Below are positions 44,506 through 44,520 of a DNA stretch of 44,520 nucleotides, piece after piece. Numbering within the stretch: the first letter of the stretch is position 1; each line of letters starts with the position of its first letter. The DNA comes from an uncultured Flavobacteriaceae bacterium (GTDB taxonomy: Bacteria; Bacteroidota; Bacteroidia; Flavobacteriales; Weeksellaceae). The stretch spans positions 1 to 44,520 of the forward strand of contig CAUQHD010000001.1 of NCBI GenBank assembly GCA_963517805.1. Reading direction: 5' to 3'. A program made the translations under genes and the position numbers. Below the pieces are notes generated by a model, which saw only the letters and a list, made by a program, of their open reading frames with translations, did no database searches and was not told where the DNA came from.

Positions 44506-44520
44506 AAATTCAAATTTTTA

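Noticed and set aside
1-44520. CRISPR arrays, rRNA genes, IS elements
   Set aside because: I saw no regularly spaced direct repeats, no rRNA-like sequence, and no transposase other than the Mu-type gene at 2014-4116.

Overview
The window has two parts. Positions 1 to about 31.9 kb are most of a Mu-like transposable prophage. It contains a divergent S24-type repressor / Cro-Ner-like switch, a DDE transposase, a MuB-like ATPase and a run of small early genes. These are followed by an amidase endolysin, an inverted head-packaging block (small and large terminase, gp36-like, portal-MuF fusion, tape measure, Mu G-like), and a rightward block with ClpP-like protease-scaffold, capsid, sheath, tube, frameshifted tail chaperone, baseplate and tail fibres. 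From 32.0 kb to the end is housekeeping DNA of a Flavobacteriia-type host. The host call is inferred from TTTG/TAnnTTTG promoters, the absence of Shine-Dalgarno sites and the tuf-tRNA-Trp-secE-nusG-rplKAJL order. Host genes are pdxA, ribE, a sensor kinase, a DinB-like gene, a PNP-domain protein, tRNA-Cys, tuf, tRNA-Trp, secE, nusG, rplK, rplA, rplJ, rplL, a DedA gene and prfB. No rRNA, CRISPR array, reverse transcriptase or invertase was seen. The best candidate for an undescribed system is an AT-rich, antiparallel two-gene cassette at the prophage right arm (29608-31790). It pairs a full-length NdpA/YejK-family nucleoid-associated protein with a tightly coupled orphan multi-pass membrane protein, which is the layout of a DNA sensor plus membrane effector. 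Other second-look items: two tRNA top-half mimics (acceptor stem plus canonical T-arm, no D or anticodon arms) in intergenic gaps of the early operon, and a related three-way-junction element. There is also a portal-MuF-nuclease-like polyvalent fusion, a lambda-type G GGA AAG -1 frameshift site whose expected downstream tape-measure gene sits in the inverted block, TACAG-N4-CTGTA operators, and a 29-bp repeat read in two frames. An antisense membrane-protein gene interrupts the early operon, and a u-spanin-like lipoprotein lies among the baseplate genes. All family assignments come from motif recognition by eye and need database confirmation.
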